Source: Candidatus Kapaibacterium sp. | Lineage (GTDB): Bacteria; Bacteroidota; Ignavibacteria; Kapaibacteriales; UBA2268 | NCBI GenBank assembly: GCA_963665665.1 | Contig: OY762428.1 | Location: 2,400,001-2,464,000 of the forward strand | Direction: 5' to 3' | DNA length: 64,000 nucleotides | Part shown: piece by piece, positions 10,227 to 21,321 of the stretch | How positions within the stretch are numbered: position 1 is the first letter of the stretch | Layout of the letters: each line of letters begins with the position of its first letter | Notes under the pieces: model-generated | The model's input: the letters and a program-made list of their open reading frames with translations, nothing else | The model's database searches: none | What the model was told of the DNA's origin: nothing | Program-made: the position numbers and the translations under genes

Positions 10227-10667
10227 TTATATAAGGTTCCCTCCGCGCCTTGCAGATCTCAGCCTGTCAGCGGGGTCAACCAGGGTTGTAATACGGATAC
10301 CAAAGTGCTTATCGATAACAACCACTTCGCCTTCGGCAACTTTCTTGCCGTTGATCAATACATCAACAGGCTCGCTTACCAGCTTATCAAATTCGATAAC
10401 AGAACCGCGGCCAAGTCGAAGAATATCACGTATAAGCATATTCGTGCGGCCAAGTTCTATCGATACCGGAAGCTGCAGATCATACAATAATTCCAGTTTC
10501 GGATCAAGAGGGGAGTATATTTTATCTTCGGATCCCCCGTCCATTTCCGGGAAATCCGGGGTATCCACCGAAGTAGCTTCAGTTTCAGCTGTCGGCTCTT
10601 CGGTAGCAGCATCCTCGGCGCCTCCACTCGAGATCAAAGCATCAATTTCTTCCTGTGTCATTGACAT
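10227..10667 (-). CDS. fliN: Flagellar motor switch protein FliN
   Basis: [10 protein letters not shown]-terminus; SpoA domain VSIELGRT...GSVIEFDK...[17 protein letters not shown]. Confidence 0.95.
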   Translation of the reverse strand: MSMTQEEIDALISSGGAEDAATEEPTAETEATSVDTPDFPEMDGGSEDKIYSPLDPKLELLYDLQLPVSIELGRTNMLIRDILRLGRGSVIEFDKLVSEPVDVLINGKKVAEGEVVVIDKHFGIRITTLVDPADRLRSARRGGNLI

Positions 10668-10694
10668 AATTCAAATCCTCTTCATTATGAGAAA

Positions 10695-11729
10695 TTAAAA
10701 TTCCTCGTCTTTATGTGTTATATCTTCATCTACAAGGTCTTCTTCATTTAGTTGCCTTGTAATCCTGATAGCTTTTTTACCTTCAACACTGCCGGGCCTT
10801 CCGGCAAGTTTTCTTTTACCTGCAATAGAAATTTCAATCTCCTGATTAACCCTCTTTCTGGTTTTTATAACATCACCTTCCTTCAGGTCCATTAATTCAC
10901 CTACCGTAACAGATGTTTTGGCAAGCTCTGCAATAATTGGCAGATAAGTAACAGACATTTGCTGGTTGAGTATGGACATGTTCTCTTTCATTCTCTTGGA
11001 AGACTGGGTTACAACTGATGTTGTTACCTGCTGCCTGTTTAGCCTGGCAAGAATTTCCTCGAGAGCAAAAGTCGGGAAACAAAGGTTCATCAGGAAAGTA
11101 TGGACACCAATATTTACATCGAACGAAACAACAACTACAATTTCCGAAGACGGTGCTACCTGAACAAAATCAGCTTCCATTTCAAGGCGTTGGAATGAAA
11201 ATTTCAATTCTGCTATCGAACGCCAGGCATTTCTCATGTCCGATAAAGCATGTTCAACTATACTTCTTATAACAGACTGCTCTATAGGAGTAATCGAACG
11301 GGGCTTTGTCTGGACTTCGGCGCTGCCTCCGAGAAGCCTTTCAACAATTGTCAGGGCAAGTTGCGGACTGATTTCAAGAATTCCGCTTCCGTCAGTGCCT
11401 TCAATATCAAAAACGTAAAGGCAGCTTGGGTTTGAAACAGAAAGGATAAACTCTGAGTAGAATAACTGGTCAACAGAAGTAACAGATATGGAAACCACAG
11501 TCTGCAATTTCGATACAAGGTAATATCCGAACACCTCGGCAAAACTTTCATGAACTGTTTGGAGTGTACGAACCTGGTTTTTTGATATTCTGTTTGGCCT
11601 GCGGAAATCGTAATTTGATATATCGCCCTTGGCAAGCTTCCCGTCAAGGACATCATCAACATCAACCCTTCCGCTCGTCATTTCCGAGAGTAGGCTGTCT
11701 ATCTCATTTTGTGATAAAACATCTGCCAT
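10695..11729 (-). CDS. fliM: Flagellar motor switch protein FliM
   Basis: CheY-binding VLSQNEIDSLL, YDFRRPNR, LLGG and a C-terminal SpoA domain. Confidence 0.97.
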   Translation of the reverse strand: MADVLSQNEIDSLLSEMTSGRVDVDDVLDGKLAKGDISNYDFRRPNRISKNQVRTLQTVHESFAEVFGYYLVSKLQTVVSISVTSVDQLFYSEFILSVSNPSCLYVFDIEGTDGSGILEISPQLALTIVERLLGGSAEVQTKPRSITPIEQSVIRSIVEHALSDMRNAWRSIAELKFSFQRLEMEADFVQVAPSSEIVVVVSFDVNIGVHTFLMNLCFPTFALEEILARLNRQQVTTSVVTQSSKRMKENMSILNQQMSVTYLPIIAELAKTSVTVGELMDLKEGDVIKTRKRVNQEIEISIAGKRKLAGRPGSVEGKKAIRITRQLNEEDLVDEDITHKDEEF

Positions 11730-11767
11730 TGTTCACTTTCAGGTTATCGTCCTACAAGCCTTGAAAA

Positions 11768-12418
11768 TTATTGAATAATAAACTGGTTGATCAATACATT
11801 CCTGAGATACATCCTGTTTTTAAGGAATATTGGTTTCAGATCATGCTTGAATATAACTGAGAGAGAATCCCTGTTCTCATGCAGCTGACTCTCTGACATA
11901 CCGCCAATAATATTATTGATCTTAGATCTCATCTTTGCTTCTACGATCTCTTCAAGTTTAAATTCGCCACCGTGTCCCTCTCCTTCAGCGGCTTCTTCTC
12001 CATCTTCAGCGTGAGGTTTTACCCTGACTTCAAGCCCCAGGTCTATCACAACAATCTTTGTTGACCCCTTGGGGTTTGTCATGATTTTCCCGGTTTTCAG
12101 GAAGTGCACGCCTTCTTTTTCGAACATTAGTTCTTCTTCGGTCTCATCCTCAAACTCGTCTTCGTCGTGAGCTTTTTTTTCTTTTTCGCCGTGGCCTTCT
12201 TCAGCTTCTACCTGTTCGGTTTTATTTCCTGCATTCGGGTTGCCGAGCCCATCGATGAGAAGAGGAATAAAAAGGAAATAAGTAGCTGCGATAAAGATAA
12301 TTACAATACCGAATATTACCCCGAGTACAACAGGTAATTTCATACCATCTCCGGAGGTATTCCTTTTGGGTTTCTTCGGTTTTTGTTTTTCTGTGCCTTC
12401 GTTTTTTTCTTCTGCCAT
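11768..12418 (-). CDS. fliL: Flagellar basal body-associated protein FliL
   Basis: Single N-terminal TM helix, MTNPKG, C-terminal FIIQ; directly upstream of fliM. Confidence 0.88.
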   Translation of the reverse strand: MAEEKNEGTEKQKPKKPKRNTSGDGMKLPVVLGVIFGIVIIFIAATYFLFIPLLIDGLGNPNAGNKTEQVEAEEGHGEKEKKAHDEDEFEDETEEELMFEKEGVHFLKTGKIMTNPKGSTKIVVIDLGLEVRVKPHAEDGEEAAEGEGHGGEFKLEEIVEAKMRSKINNIIGGMSESQLHENRDSLSVIFKHDLKPIFLKNRMYLRNVLINQFIIQ

Positions 12419-12469
12419 ATTTATCTACTAATAAAATAAAACAAAAATGATAAGATAAATATAATGTAT

Positions 12470-12496
12470 AAATCGGCATTAATCCAATAAAATTAA
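12470..12496 (-). promoter_or_regulatory. sigma-28-like promoter of fliL
   Basis: Minus strand TTAA-N15-GCCGATTT about 50 nt upstream of the fliL ATG. Confidence 0.5.
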
Positions 12497-12536
12497 GCCG
12501 CAGTCAATAAAATTGACGAAATAATTATATTTTTAA

Positions 12537-12552
12537 TGAAATTTTCATGCCA
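12537..12552 (-). promoter_or_regulatory. Possible sigma-54 promoter of the fliL operon
   Basis: Minus strand TGGCATG-AAAA-TTTCA; the -24 element is good but the -12 is TC instead of GC. Confidence 0.35.
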
Positions 12553-12811
12553 AACGGGGCCTTATTCAATAAATACAGGCTTAATCTGTAATTACAGGGA
12601 AATCATTTTTTTCGGTAAAAATTATTTTGGCTAAATATATACAACAAGTAAACAATAGTCCGCAAAATGGATATAAATCAAAGAAAGTACAGGATATTTT
12701 GGGTTCCCGGATAACAATATTGCTTTTTTCATTTAACCGGAGAAGTTGATTTTTCCTTCCAAATTATATATGTGGCATTGTGACATACCCGGAACTATAA
12801 AAATTTATCCA

Positions 12812-12844
12812 TCATTCCCATTGGGTTTTAACCGATGGGAATGA
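12812..12844. repeat. Intergenic palindrome (terminator or REP-like hairpin)
   Basis: TCATTCCCATTGG-GTTTTAA-CCGATGGGAATGA, downstream of the guanylyltransferase gene. Confidence 0.55.
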
Positions 12845-12912
12845 ATTAAGTAAATATTTTGGAAGGATTCTTCCATAACTGCTATGAAGCAGTTCCGGAA
12901 TATATTTCAAAA

Positions 12913-14022
12913 TTACAGCAGGGAGCTTATCTTTTTTCTTCTCAGGAAATCAACTACCTCAAGAACGTCGTCTGATTGTCCACGTTTACAAATCAGCATG
13001 GCATCGTCTGTATCAATAACAATCAGATCCTTAACACCCACCAGCCCAATAAGTTTACCTTTTGCACTTACCAGGCAGTTATGGGAATTTACAGGAATCA
13101 CATCCCCTTCAATAACATTGTTTCGAGCGTCCTTCATCGAAAGCCTGTATAGTTCATCCCAGTTTCCCATATCACTCCAGCGGAAGAAAGACTGAACAAC
13201 GAAAACATTGTCGGCCTTTTCAAGCAATGCATAATCGATGGAAAGAGAAGTCACCTGCTTATAAGTCTGTTCCACATTAGCATTGAAGCTGTCCTTGCCG
13301 ACGTGATCATGAAGAATTTTGAATATTGCAGTATCTTCCGGCCAGTGCTTATCCATCGAATCCCAAAATGTCTGGAAAGTCCAGACAAAAATACCGCTGT
13401 TCCACAGGAAATCTCCTGAATCAATAAATCTCTTCGCCGTGGCGGTATCCGGTTTTTCTGCAAAAGTTGTTGAGTATCGAACTCCCTGGCTATATAACTC
13501 GCCAAGGTCTTCCCTTTTATTTCGCTTGAACTGAATATAGCCAAAGCTTTTTTCCGGCCTTGTAGGCTGAATGCCTATAGTTACAATGCCATTGGTTTGT
13601 CCCGCAGCATCGCAGGCAATATTCACGGCCTGGTAAAATTCACCCTTATTGAATATTATATGGTCTGACGGAAAAACAGCCATTACTGTATCCGGTCCGT
13701 ACTTCCGGCTTAATATAACAGCAGAAAGAGCAAGGCATGGCGCTGTATTCCTTATAAACGGCTCAACGATAATATTTTCTTCGGGTAAATCCGGAAGCTG
13801 TTTCTTTATATGATTGACCATTTTTTTGATGGTAACAATATAAATATCTTCCATATCAAATATTTTTGAAACACGATTAATAGTATTTTGTATCATTGTG
13901 CCCTCGCCAAGCAGGTGAATAAACTGCTTGGACATTTTCTCTGTGCTGCGGGGCCAGAGCCTGGCTCCGTATCCGCCTGCCATTACTACTGCTACTCTTT
14001 TTGGTTCTGTATTATTTTCCAT
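12913..14022 (-). CDS. manC: Mannose-1-phosphate guanylyltransferase
   Basis: MAGGYGARLWPRS, RNTAP, PSDH, FAEKP, WNSG, SIDY and WSDMG motifs. Confidence 0.9.
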   Translation of the reverse strand: MENNTEPKRVAVVMAGGYGARLWPRSTEKMSKQFIHLLGEGTMIQNTINRVSKIFDMEDIYIVTIKKMVNHIKKQLPDLPEENIIVEPFIRNTAPCLALSAVILSRKYGPDTVMAVFPSDHIIFNKGEFYQAVNIACDAAGQTNGIVTIGIQPTRPEKSFGYIQFKRNKREDLGELYSQGVRYSTTFAEKPDTATAKRFIDSGDFLWNSGIFVWTFQTFWDSMDKHWPEDTAIFKILHDHVGKDSFNANVEQTYKQVTSLSIDYALLEKADNVFVVQSFFRWSDMGNWDELYRLSMKDARNNVIEGDVIPVNSHNCLVSAKGKLIGLVGVKDLIVIDTDDAMLICKRGQSDDVLEVVDFLRRKKISSLL

Positions 14023-14144
14023 TTTAAAAAATCATTTGTTTAAATTTTGTAGTTTCAGATTATATAAACGAATATATAAGAATTTAGTTAAAATTAATAA
14101 TATTATTCCTTCGTTTTTAATATTATTTGAAATATGAGGCAGGA

Positions 14145-14507
14145 ATGTTCCTGAAACAGAACAGGATAAAAAGAGAAAAGAACACGATTGGCCGGATGAT
14201 AAAAATATATTGCCGGGCTAAGCACGGTAGTAAAAATAATCTTTGTGATGATTGCAAAGAGATGAATAGCTATGCAATGAAAAAGCTGGAAAAATGCCCT
14301 TATAAAAATGAGAAACCTGCCTGTAATAATTGTCCCGTGCATTGCTATAATAATAATATGAGAGACAAAATCCGCGGGGTTATGCAGTATTCAGGCCCCC
14401 GCATGATATTACACCATCCCCTTCTTGCTGTGCTGCACATTATCGATAAGAAATTATACGGCAATCCTGTCCTGGATAATTTTACCGGGAAAAAGAATAT
14501 TCCATAG
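14145..14507 (+). CDS. YgbA family (nitrous oxide-stimulated promoter) protein
   Basis: REKNTIGRMIKIYC, CPY..KPACNNCPVHCY and VMQYSGPRMILHHP; start taken at ATG 14145. Confidence 0.88.
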   Translation: MFLKQNRIKREKNTIGRMIKIYCRAKHGSKNNLCDDCKEMNSYAMKKLEKCPYKNEKPACNNCPVHCYNNNMRDKIRGVMQYSGPRMILHHPLLAVLHIIDKKLYGNPVLDNFTGKKNIP

Positions 14508-14578
14508 TAAGCAGGAAGGGGCTGCACCTGAGATTTTGCAATGTAAAGTATGAACTAAATAAGTTGTTAAAAAAAAAT

Positions 14579-16270
14579 TTACTTGCCGTAGTCAATTATA
14601 TAGCCCTTTACATCAAACCTGGCGCGCAAAGATATTTTGTCCTTAATGATCATAAATGGTTCGGAAAACTCAACTGGTTGGGGATAACCTGAATCATAAC
14701 GGCCGTTTTCATTTAAGTCTTCATAGATCATAAGGCTGTATTCACCCGGAGACATTGGCGGGAAGCTCCAGTTGCCCTCCTTGTCGGGGTGGGTTGTGTT
14801 GCTAAGCTGGTCGGATTGCAGAACAATTATTATCTTTTCTATAGATGTTTCGGTGTGATTGTTCAATACTCCCGAAAAAGCGGCATATTTGCGAGTGTCT
14901 GAAGTAGAGAACCTGGCGGAATACAAAGTATCGGCGCCGGGATAGAAATTGGAAGAGCCAATCGTTCCATTATCGAATTCAATTTTATAGTTGGCAAAAT
15001 TCTTCATCTCATTTTCTGTATGAAGTATGTGCCAAACCGGACTTTTCGTTTCGATTGTAAATCCAACAGAACTGCTGTCTGCCATATCAATAAGGGCAAT
15101 GGAGTTTCTTAGTAATTCCGGATCTACAGGCAGGTTGAAGCGGAATTCGAATACATGGTTTCTATCAATTTTTGCACTACTGTCCTTAAGAAATTTGCTA
15201 TTCAATACAATTTTTCCGGTATCAATAGCGCTGACGGCATAAAAGAAAGCTGAATTGATTGAATCTGCAATATAATTATTACTTGTGTCCCGAATACTAT
15301 TATCTGTTCCCGGAACGGCCCTGATCATCCATTTCTTTGTTGTATCGGAAATGTTATCATGAATAATCTCGATTTTTTTACCGGATCCGTCAAGAAGATA
15401 AGCATATTTGATGTCTATTCTCTCTGTTTCTGCAGAATCAGAAAGTACGAAGGAGGCAGGGTTAATATTTGCAAAATCCAGGTCTTCGCTGAAATTAACT
15501 ACAAGCCTGTTATTGAATAACGCCTCGGCACCATAAACAGCCGGAGCTGAGCGATCCAGCGCAGGCCCGATTCTGATAGCTGCCGGCGTAATTGAATCAT
15601 TTGAAGCAACAACATCGGCAAAAGGAAGCCCGAATCTGTCACCATCGTCAATCAGCTGGTTTTTGAATTTGTCATCGACGGCAATCAATCTGTATAAACC
15701 GGCCTTCAGGGCTTTCAGCTCGAAAATACCATTTGTTCCAACCTGTGTCATATATTTTGGTTTGCTAAGATAAGGATCAAGAGTATCGGGATTGATACCA
15801 TCAAGCGGATAAGCAAAAATATAAACACCATCAAAATCTTCTCCGAATAAATGCCCGGAAATTTTAGCACTGTCCAGTTTGCTTCCTGTCGACATAATAA
15901 AAGTATATGCCTCGCTTGGTTTGTTTTTGTCGTAATAGTCCTGATAATCTGTGCCGATAGTCAGGGCATAAGTGGTATTGCTGTCCAATCCCCCGGGGAA
16001 CTCAATTTCAAGTTCCTTTCCGCTCCAGTTATAATCCATACGGGCCGTAGGCGAAATAAAAACATTTTCGGTTACTTTATTTTTTTCAACCCATTTGTTG
16101 AACTCAAGGCTGATAGATTCTCCCTGGAAATTAATTGAACCCGAGGCCGGTTCCGAATGAATAACAGCTGGTGGAGTCGGATCCGGGGGGCCTCCGGAAG
16201 GAGCTTTCTGCACGGCACATGAATAAGCAATGATAGTGCTGACAATAATTAGCAGGTTTATAGTTTTCAT
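14579..16270 (-). CDS. Lipoprotein with Ig-like (Big_5) domains
   Basis: Lipobox AYSC followed by AVQKAPSGGPPDPTPP; C-terminal DLNENGRYDSG; start taken at MKTINLL. Confidence 0.85.
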   Translation of the reverse strand: MKTINLLIIVSTIIAYSCAVQKAPSGGPPDPTPPAVIHSEPASGSINFQGESISLEFNKWVEKNKVTENVFISPTARMDYNWSGKELEIEFPGGLDSNTTYALTIGTDYQDYYDKNKPSEAYTFIMSTGSKLDSAKISGHLFGEDFDGVYIFAYPLDGINPDTLDPYLSKPKYMTQVGTNGIFELKALKAGLYRLIAVDDKFKNQLIDDGDRFGLPFADVVASNDSITPAAIRIGPALDRSAPAVYGAEALFNNRLVVNFSEDLDFANINPASFVLSDSAETERIDIKYAYLLDGSGKKIEIIHDNISDTTKKWMIRAVPGTDNSIRDTSNNYIADSINSAFFYAVSAIDTGKIVLNSKFLKDSSAKIDRNHVFEFRFNLPVDPELLRNSIALIDMADSSSVGFTIETKSPVWHILHTENEMKNFANYKIEFDNGTIGSSNFYPGADTLYSARFSTSDTRKYAAFSGVLNNHTETSIEKIIIVLQSDQLSNTTHPDKEGNWSFPPMSPGEYSLMIYEDLNENGRYDSGYPQPVEFSEPFMIIKDKISLRARFDVKGYIIDYGK

Positions 16271-16501
16271 ATTTCTTATTCTAATATAATTCATTTACAA
16301 AAAATAGAAGTTCTATTTTAAATAATTAATTCAGCTAAAATAATATAAATTTTATTTAAAAGCGCCTTCAATTTGGATAATTATTGTAAACTCTGTTTCA
16401 AGTGTGGTAGTAAATTATTAATATTTCTTGGGATAACTGGTGTGCTGTTAGAGATAATTGATATATAAATATTATTTATTTCAGCAAGTTGAGCTGTTAT
16501 T

Positions 16502-16528
16502 AAAAAACCCGGCTTGTGGCCGGGTTTT
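16502..16528 (-). terminator. Rho-independent terminator
   Basis: AAAACCCGGC-TTGTG-GCCGGGTTTT with flanking A/T runs, 25 nt after the stop of the 1435-aa gene. Confidence 0.85.
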
Positions 16529-16552
16529 CAAAATAAAATATGATCTGTAGTA

Positions 16553-19500
16553 TTATTTTACAACAACCATCTTGCGGGTTATAGTCTGTCCCTGAACAGT
16601 CATAGTATAATAATATACTCCCGAGCTGAGATTATATTCATCAGCATTCAGGCTTACTTTGTTTTCGCCCAGGGAAGCCATACCGTTGAACAGAACAGCT
16701 ACTTCTTTACCATAGTTGTCTGTTACAACAATCTTAACTTCTGATGCAAAAGGTGCAACAAAGCTGATCTCTGTTTCGCCTGCAACCGGGTTCGGTGTAT
16801 TTGCAAGAAGAGAGAATCCGCCTGCAACCGGGTCATTAACGCCAAGAATACCGCCCATGTTGATTGTAACGTTGATCTCGGGTGATGTCATCTCGCCACA
16901 GTCATTTGTTACTTTACATGTGTATGCGCCTCCATCTGTTACGGTTGCAGATGCTACTGTGTATTCTGCTGCTGTGGCACCGGCAATGTCAGCACCGTTG
17001 AGCATCCACTGGTAAGTCATTGGTTCATAGCCCTGTGCTTCCACTTCGATTGTGAAGGAACGGCTTGATTCTACTGTCAGGTCATCTGATACGCCTGTTA
17101 CAACCGGAAGGGCTTTAACTGTCAGCATTGCGTCGTCTGTTGTTGCCATCAGATCGCCCGGCTGAGCTGTTGCTGTCATTGTATAGATACCGTCGTCGGA
17201 TGGCATCGTGCCTGTTATTGTAAGTGTTTTTGAAGCAGAGCCGGAAATCCTTGCGTCGTCGGCAAGGTCAGTTCCGTCTTTTTTCCACTGGTAAGCTATG
17301 CTTGTTGTATTGTCTGACTGTACGTCTGCTGTAAATACTGCAGTTCCGTTTTCACAGTCTTCAAAGTCAACAGGCTGCTGAGAGATGTTGATCATCGGGC
17401 CTGCACTGATCGAGAAATTGTCTGACTGTACTTCACCGCAGCGGCCTTCTACCATTACGTAATAATCGTCAGCATAATCTGCTGCTGTTATTTCAGAAAT
17501 GGAAAGGATTGATGACTGAGCGCCTGCAATGCGTCCGTCGTCAACAAGAGGGGTTGTTCCGCGATACCACTGGTAGCCGTAACGTTCAACAGGTTCGCCT
17601 TCGTGGTAAACGTGTGCGCGTACTTCAAAGAAGAGGCTTGTACCTTCTGCAGCGGATTTTGAATCAGGATGCCTGAGAATTTCAGGAGTATCAAGAACGT
17701 AAACAAGAATTTCATCTGAATAGATAAAGTGGTCGCTGCCGTCAGCCATTACTTTACATCTGTAAGTAGCTGACATATCGAAATCAAGATCGTCAAAGAA
17801 TATGATGGCGCTGTTTTCACCTTCAATAGCTTCGCCATCGCGTTCCCACTGATATAGAGGAACACTGCCAAAGCTGGCTTCTGCAACTGCTGTAACCATG
17901 TGGTCGGGCACTCCCTGGCAATCAACGATTGGTTCCGGCTGATCAACCATGAATACTTCAGGATAAACATTATCTACGCCAAAGTAGTAATAAGGGCCTC
18001 TTGCTTCGCCCTGCCAGTCATACATTTCAAACATATTGTTATCAACATAGTTTGGCATTTCATTCATTGGTGAAAGCACATACAGTGCCGGATCATACTG
18101 TTCAAGAAGTAGTTCTGCCATATCTTTGAATACCGGCATAACAGAAACTGAGTTTTCATTGCCTGCAAATGCTGCTTTGAGAGTTTCAATATTTGCAATC
18201 TCAGTTCTGTCGAATATTCCAAGAACCGCTCCGTTTGTATAGTAGTTGTTTTCGTCGATATTGAGGCCTTCAATATTCATAATGTCAAAGGTATAGCCCA
18301 TACCTGTATTGATAAACATATTACGCCTGATATCGCAGTCGCCTCCATCAATCATAAGGGTTGGCAATACTCCGTCACAATAAATAGCAAATGAATTATA
18401 ATAAGCGCCGAATGATGAGTTGATCAATTCAAGCCCTGTTGATCCAAGGCCTGCAACCATATTATTTGCAAGGTAACCTGTTGCATTTTCAGCGCCAAAG
18501 GCTGCATAAGCTGATTCAGGAAGATTATCAACGCCAATATAGTTGTTTGTAACTTTGGCCCTTGCATCTTCAATTACGATTCCGTCGCCGTTTTCAACGA
18601 ATACATCATTGTTAAGGATTGTAAAGGGTACGAAACCCTGTCCGTCGCCTTCAACAACGATACCGGCCATATCGGAATTTTCAGGATTGCTGATATCAAT
18701 TTGGTTATCAATAACATCAGAACGTCCCTCACCCGCAGCGATACCAATAACGTTATAACAATTATTGATAGCATTACCGCTGATCACATTTTCATTGCCT
18801 GTCAGGTTTGCGATACCAAATCCTCCCCAGCGAGCGGGGCAATTGATTCCGGAAACACTGTTGTTAATTAATTCGGAAGCTCCGCCGAAGAAACCGTAAG
18901 GAGCTTCAAGATCCTGAGTTGTACGAATAATATTGTTCACAACAGATAAATTTCTGGATCCACCCATATTGATACCGGCGCCGCCAAAATATCTGAATGA
19001 ACAGTCTGTTATATCAAAATCAGAGCAGATAGACATAACTATTGAAGCAAAATCTTCGCCTTCGTTAGGTTCAATTACAAAATTGCCTGTTCCGCCAAGC
19101 TGCGATGAGCCATAGAAAAAGCCGCAATTATCAAATACAAAATCAGTACAAAAATCTAAGCCAAATAGATTATAGTCAGGGTTTTCACCAACGATATTCT
19201 GTACACCGATGAAGGAACATCCTTCAAACACAAAATTATCACAGTTCATACCGCGAATGATTCCGCCGGCCATATTTGCCATTGGTGCGGTTGATTCGAA
19301 AGTCAAATTCAGGAAAGTGATATTTTCGTTACCATCGAATGACCATACGTAGCTTTTTGCAATAGTTGATGCAAATGAAATTGTTACGTCGGATTTGTTA
19401 CCTGTTGATGAACGGAAGATAATATTATTCTCGCCCATTGGGAATTCTTCCATTGTAACCTGTCCGTCATATTCGCCCGGACGGATTTCAAATACCACAT

Positions 19501-20860
19501 CACCGTCACCGATGATACCACTACCACCGAGATATGAAGTTGCTATAACAACGTTATCGAAGTGAGGATTATTACCACCGATATAATATGTACCCGGCAC
19601 AAGAGACGGGCCCATAGCGCCTGTATATTCATCATTTGTTTCGTCTTCGTCCATTACACCGTTAGGTGTGGATGTTGAAGCAACTATCATGTATGCTTCG
19701 AGTGGAGTTTTAAGCTGGAAGTTATAATCACCAACCACCAGGTCAACGGTTTCGCCTGAAGCTACATTAAGGCCTGATATTGAGAATGGAGTTTGATCTA
19801 CACCGTCAACACTCCAGTTTACAGAAACTGATTCCAATGGTTTCGGAGCATAGTTCTGCACCCTTACTCTAACGGGTGTTAAACCGGGAGTAAAGCCTTC
19901 GGGCGGGCCGAAAATTCCAACTACACCGGCATCATTCAGGATCGGTGATACTTCTGTCGACAATCTGTCGTTCGATGCATCGCCGTCAGTACCGCCGTTC
20001 GGCCTTTCAGTCCAGAATTCAACACGGAAAGGATCATAAGGGCCATCTGCCGGGTAAGTAAATGAATAAGTTCCAAGAATTACGTCTTCGCTTTCATCTT
20101 CAGCAAGATCGCCTGACCAGGAAACAGGCTCCTGCATCACGCCGTTTACCATCCACTGGATAGTACATGATGTAAGGTCCAATTCGCTGAAATTATTCAG
20201 GCTTACTATTACAGACTGTGTACCAACACTGAAAGGAGACTGAGGAGATACTACTGAAGTAATACCTGCATCGGGAAGAGGAGGCTGGCCGGTAATCATA
20301 ATATCATCCAGGCAAACACCGTATCCGTAATCACATACTGCTTCAAAGCATATCTGATATGTGCTGTTTACGTTCGGAAGATCGATTGTACGCTGAGTCC
20401 AAGTATCAATACTTGCTGTATATGTTTCAAGTTCTACCCAGCTTCCGGTTTCTGAAGTTCTGTATTTCACAATTAAATTATCCTGGTCACTACCCCAGTC
20501 TTCCTGGGTATGCCAGAAAATAAGTTTTGCATTTTTATCATTAACACCAAAATCCAAAACAGGGGTGATTAATTCAGTTGTTGCACTGCTGCTATAGCAA
20601 CGGGCATTATATGAGCCGGTATGTGCAGCATCCGGGTTGCCGTATTGGCCACCGGAAACATTGAAGACCCAGTCAATGGTATTAGAAACATAGTTCTGAG
20701 ACCATCCTGTTGGTTGAGCACCACCTTCGAATCCTTCGGAAAGAATTGTTACATCCTGGGATGACGCAAAATTGAGTGAGAGGAAAAAAGTAAGGAAAGA
20801 CATTGCAAAAAGCTTTGTAAAAGCTTCGGCAAATGAATTTCGATTATGTTGAGTAGTCAT
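16553..20860 (-). CDS. Large T9SS-secreted protein: adhesin-like jelly-roll, 2 CARDB-like repeats, parallel beta-helix, ~4 Ig domains, type-A CTD
   Basis: Signal peptide; EGFEG...DDI domain; two DAG...ND repeats; repeated YQW...G.Y.C Ig motifs; NTPNP...SGVYYY...RKMVVVK CTD. Confidence 0.85.
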   Translation of the reverse strand: MTTQHNRNSFAEAFTKLFAMSFLTFFLSLNFASSQDVTILSEGFEGGAQPTGWSQNYVSNTIDWVFNVSGGQYGNPDAAHTGSYNARCYSSSATTELITPVLDFGVNDKNAKLIFWHTQEDWGSDQDNLIVKYRTSETGSWVELETYTASIDTWTQRTIDLPNVNSTYQICFEAVCDYGYGVCLDDIMITGQPPLPDAGITSVVSPQSPFSVGTQSVIVSLNNFSELDLTSCTIQWMVNGVMQEPVSWSGDLAEDESEDVILGTYSFTYPADGPYDPFRVEFWTERPNGGTDGDASNDRLSTEVSPILNDAGVVGIFGPPEGFTPGLTPVRVRVQNYAPKPLESVSVNWSVDGVDQTPFSISGLNVASGETVDLVVGDYNFQLKTPLEAYMIVASTSTPNGVMDEDETNDEYTGAMGPSLVPGTYYIGGNNPHFDNVVIATSYLGGSGIIGDGDVVFEIRPGEYDGQVTMEEFPMGENNIIFRSSTGNKSDVTISFASTIAKSYVWSFDGNENITFLNLTFESTAPMANMAGGIIRGMNCDNFVFEGCSFIGVQNIVGENPDYNLFGLDFCTDFVFDNCGFFYGSSQLGGTGNFVIEPNEGEDFASIVMSICSDFDITDCSFRYFGGAGINMGGSRNLSVVNNIIRTTQDLEAPYGFFGGASELINNSVSGINCPARWGGFGIANLTGNENVISGNAINNCYNVIGIAAGEGRSDVIDNQIDISNPENSDMAGIVVEGDGQGFVPFTILNNDVFVENGDGIVIEDARAKVTNNYIGVDNLPESAYAAFGAENATGYLANNMVAGLGSTGLELINSSFGAYYNSFAIYCDGVLPTLMIDGGDCDIRRNMFINTGMGYTFDIMNIEGLNIDENNYYTNGAVLGIFDRTEIANIETLKAAFAGNENSVSVMPVFKDMAELLLEQYDPALYVLSPMNEMPNYVDNNMFEMYDWQGEARGPYYYFGVDNVYPEVFMVDQPEPIVDCQGVPDHMVTAVAEASFGSVPLYQWERDGEAIEGENSAIIFFDDLDFDMSATYRCKVMADGSDHFIYSDEILVYVLDTPEILRHPDSKSAAEGTSLFFEVRAHVYHEGEPVERYGYQWYRGTTPLVDDGRIAGAQSSILSISEITAADYADDYYVMVEGRCGEVQSDNFSISAGPMINISQQPVDFEDCENGTAVFTADVQSDNTTSIAYQWKKDGTDLADDARISGSASKTLTITGTMPSDDGIYTMTATAQPGDLMATTDDAMLTVKALPVVTGVSDDLTVESSRSFTIEVEAQGYEPMTYQWMLNGADIAGATAAEYTVASATVTDGGAYTCKVTNDCGEMTSPEINVTINMGGILGVNDPVAGGFSLLANTPNPVAGETEISFVAPFASEVKIVVTDNYGKEVAVLFNGMASLGENKVSLNADEYNLSSGVYYYTMTVQGQTITRKMVVVK

Positions 20861-21321
20861 AAAAAACCTCTGTACAAGAATTTAAAAAATAGAGCAAATT
20901 AATTTCAAATATTAAATAAAAGGATTTATTTGCATACTTAAATCATCAAATTTTAAAATGTAAACGAGAGTTCGGGTAATATGCTTAGGAAAATAAAGTT
21001 GTTTCAGCATGTATTCCATTAATTAATAATCACACAATAAATCCCAACAACAAGTAATTTATAGAAAAATGATTAGATATACAAGAGAAAGTAAAGCAAT
21101 AATGTTTAATTTTGTCGATTATTAATATTTTAATTATTCCGCTAAGTCTTTATTTAATAATTATGTAATACTTTGAACTACATTCCTTGTGTTTTTATTT
21201 GCACATTTAAAGTTTGATGAATAAATGGTTATTGAATATGGCGGATAAACAATAAAGGAAAGGGGCCCCGAAAATCAAATACACAGAATTTTATAGCGGA
21301 ATTTATTAGGTAGTTATATTC

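Noticed and set aside
11744-11770. Internal sigma-28-like motif before fliM (TAAT-N15-GACGATAA)
   Set aside because: Two mismatches, and too close to the ATG to leave a normal leader
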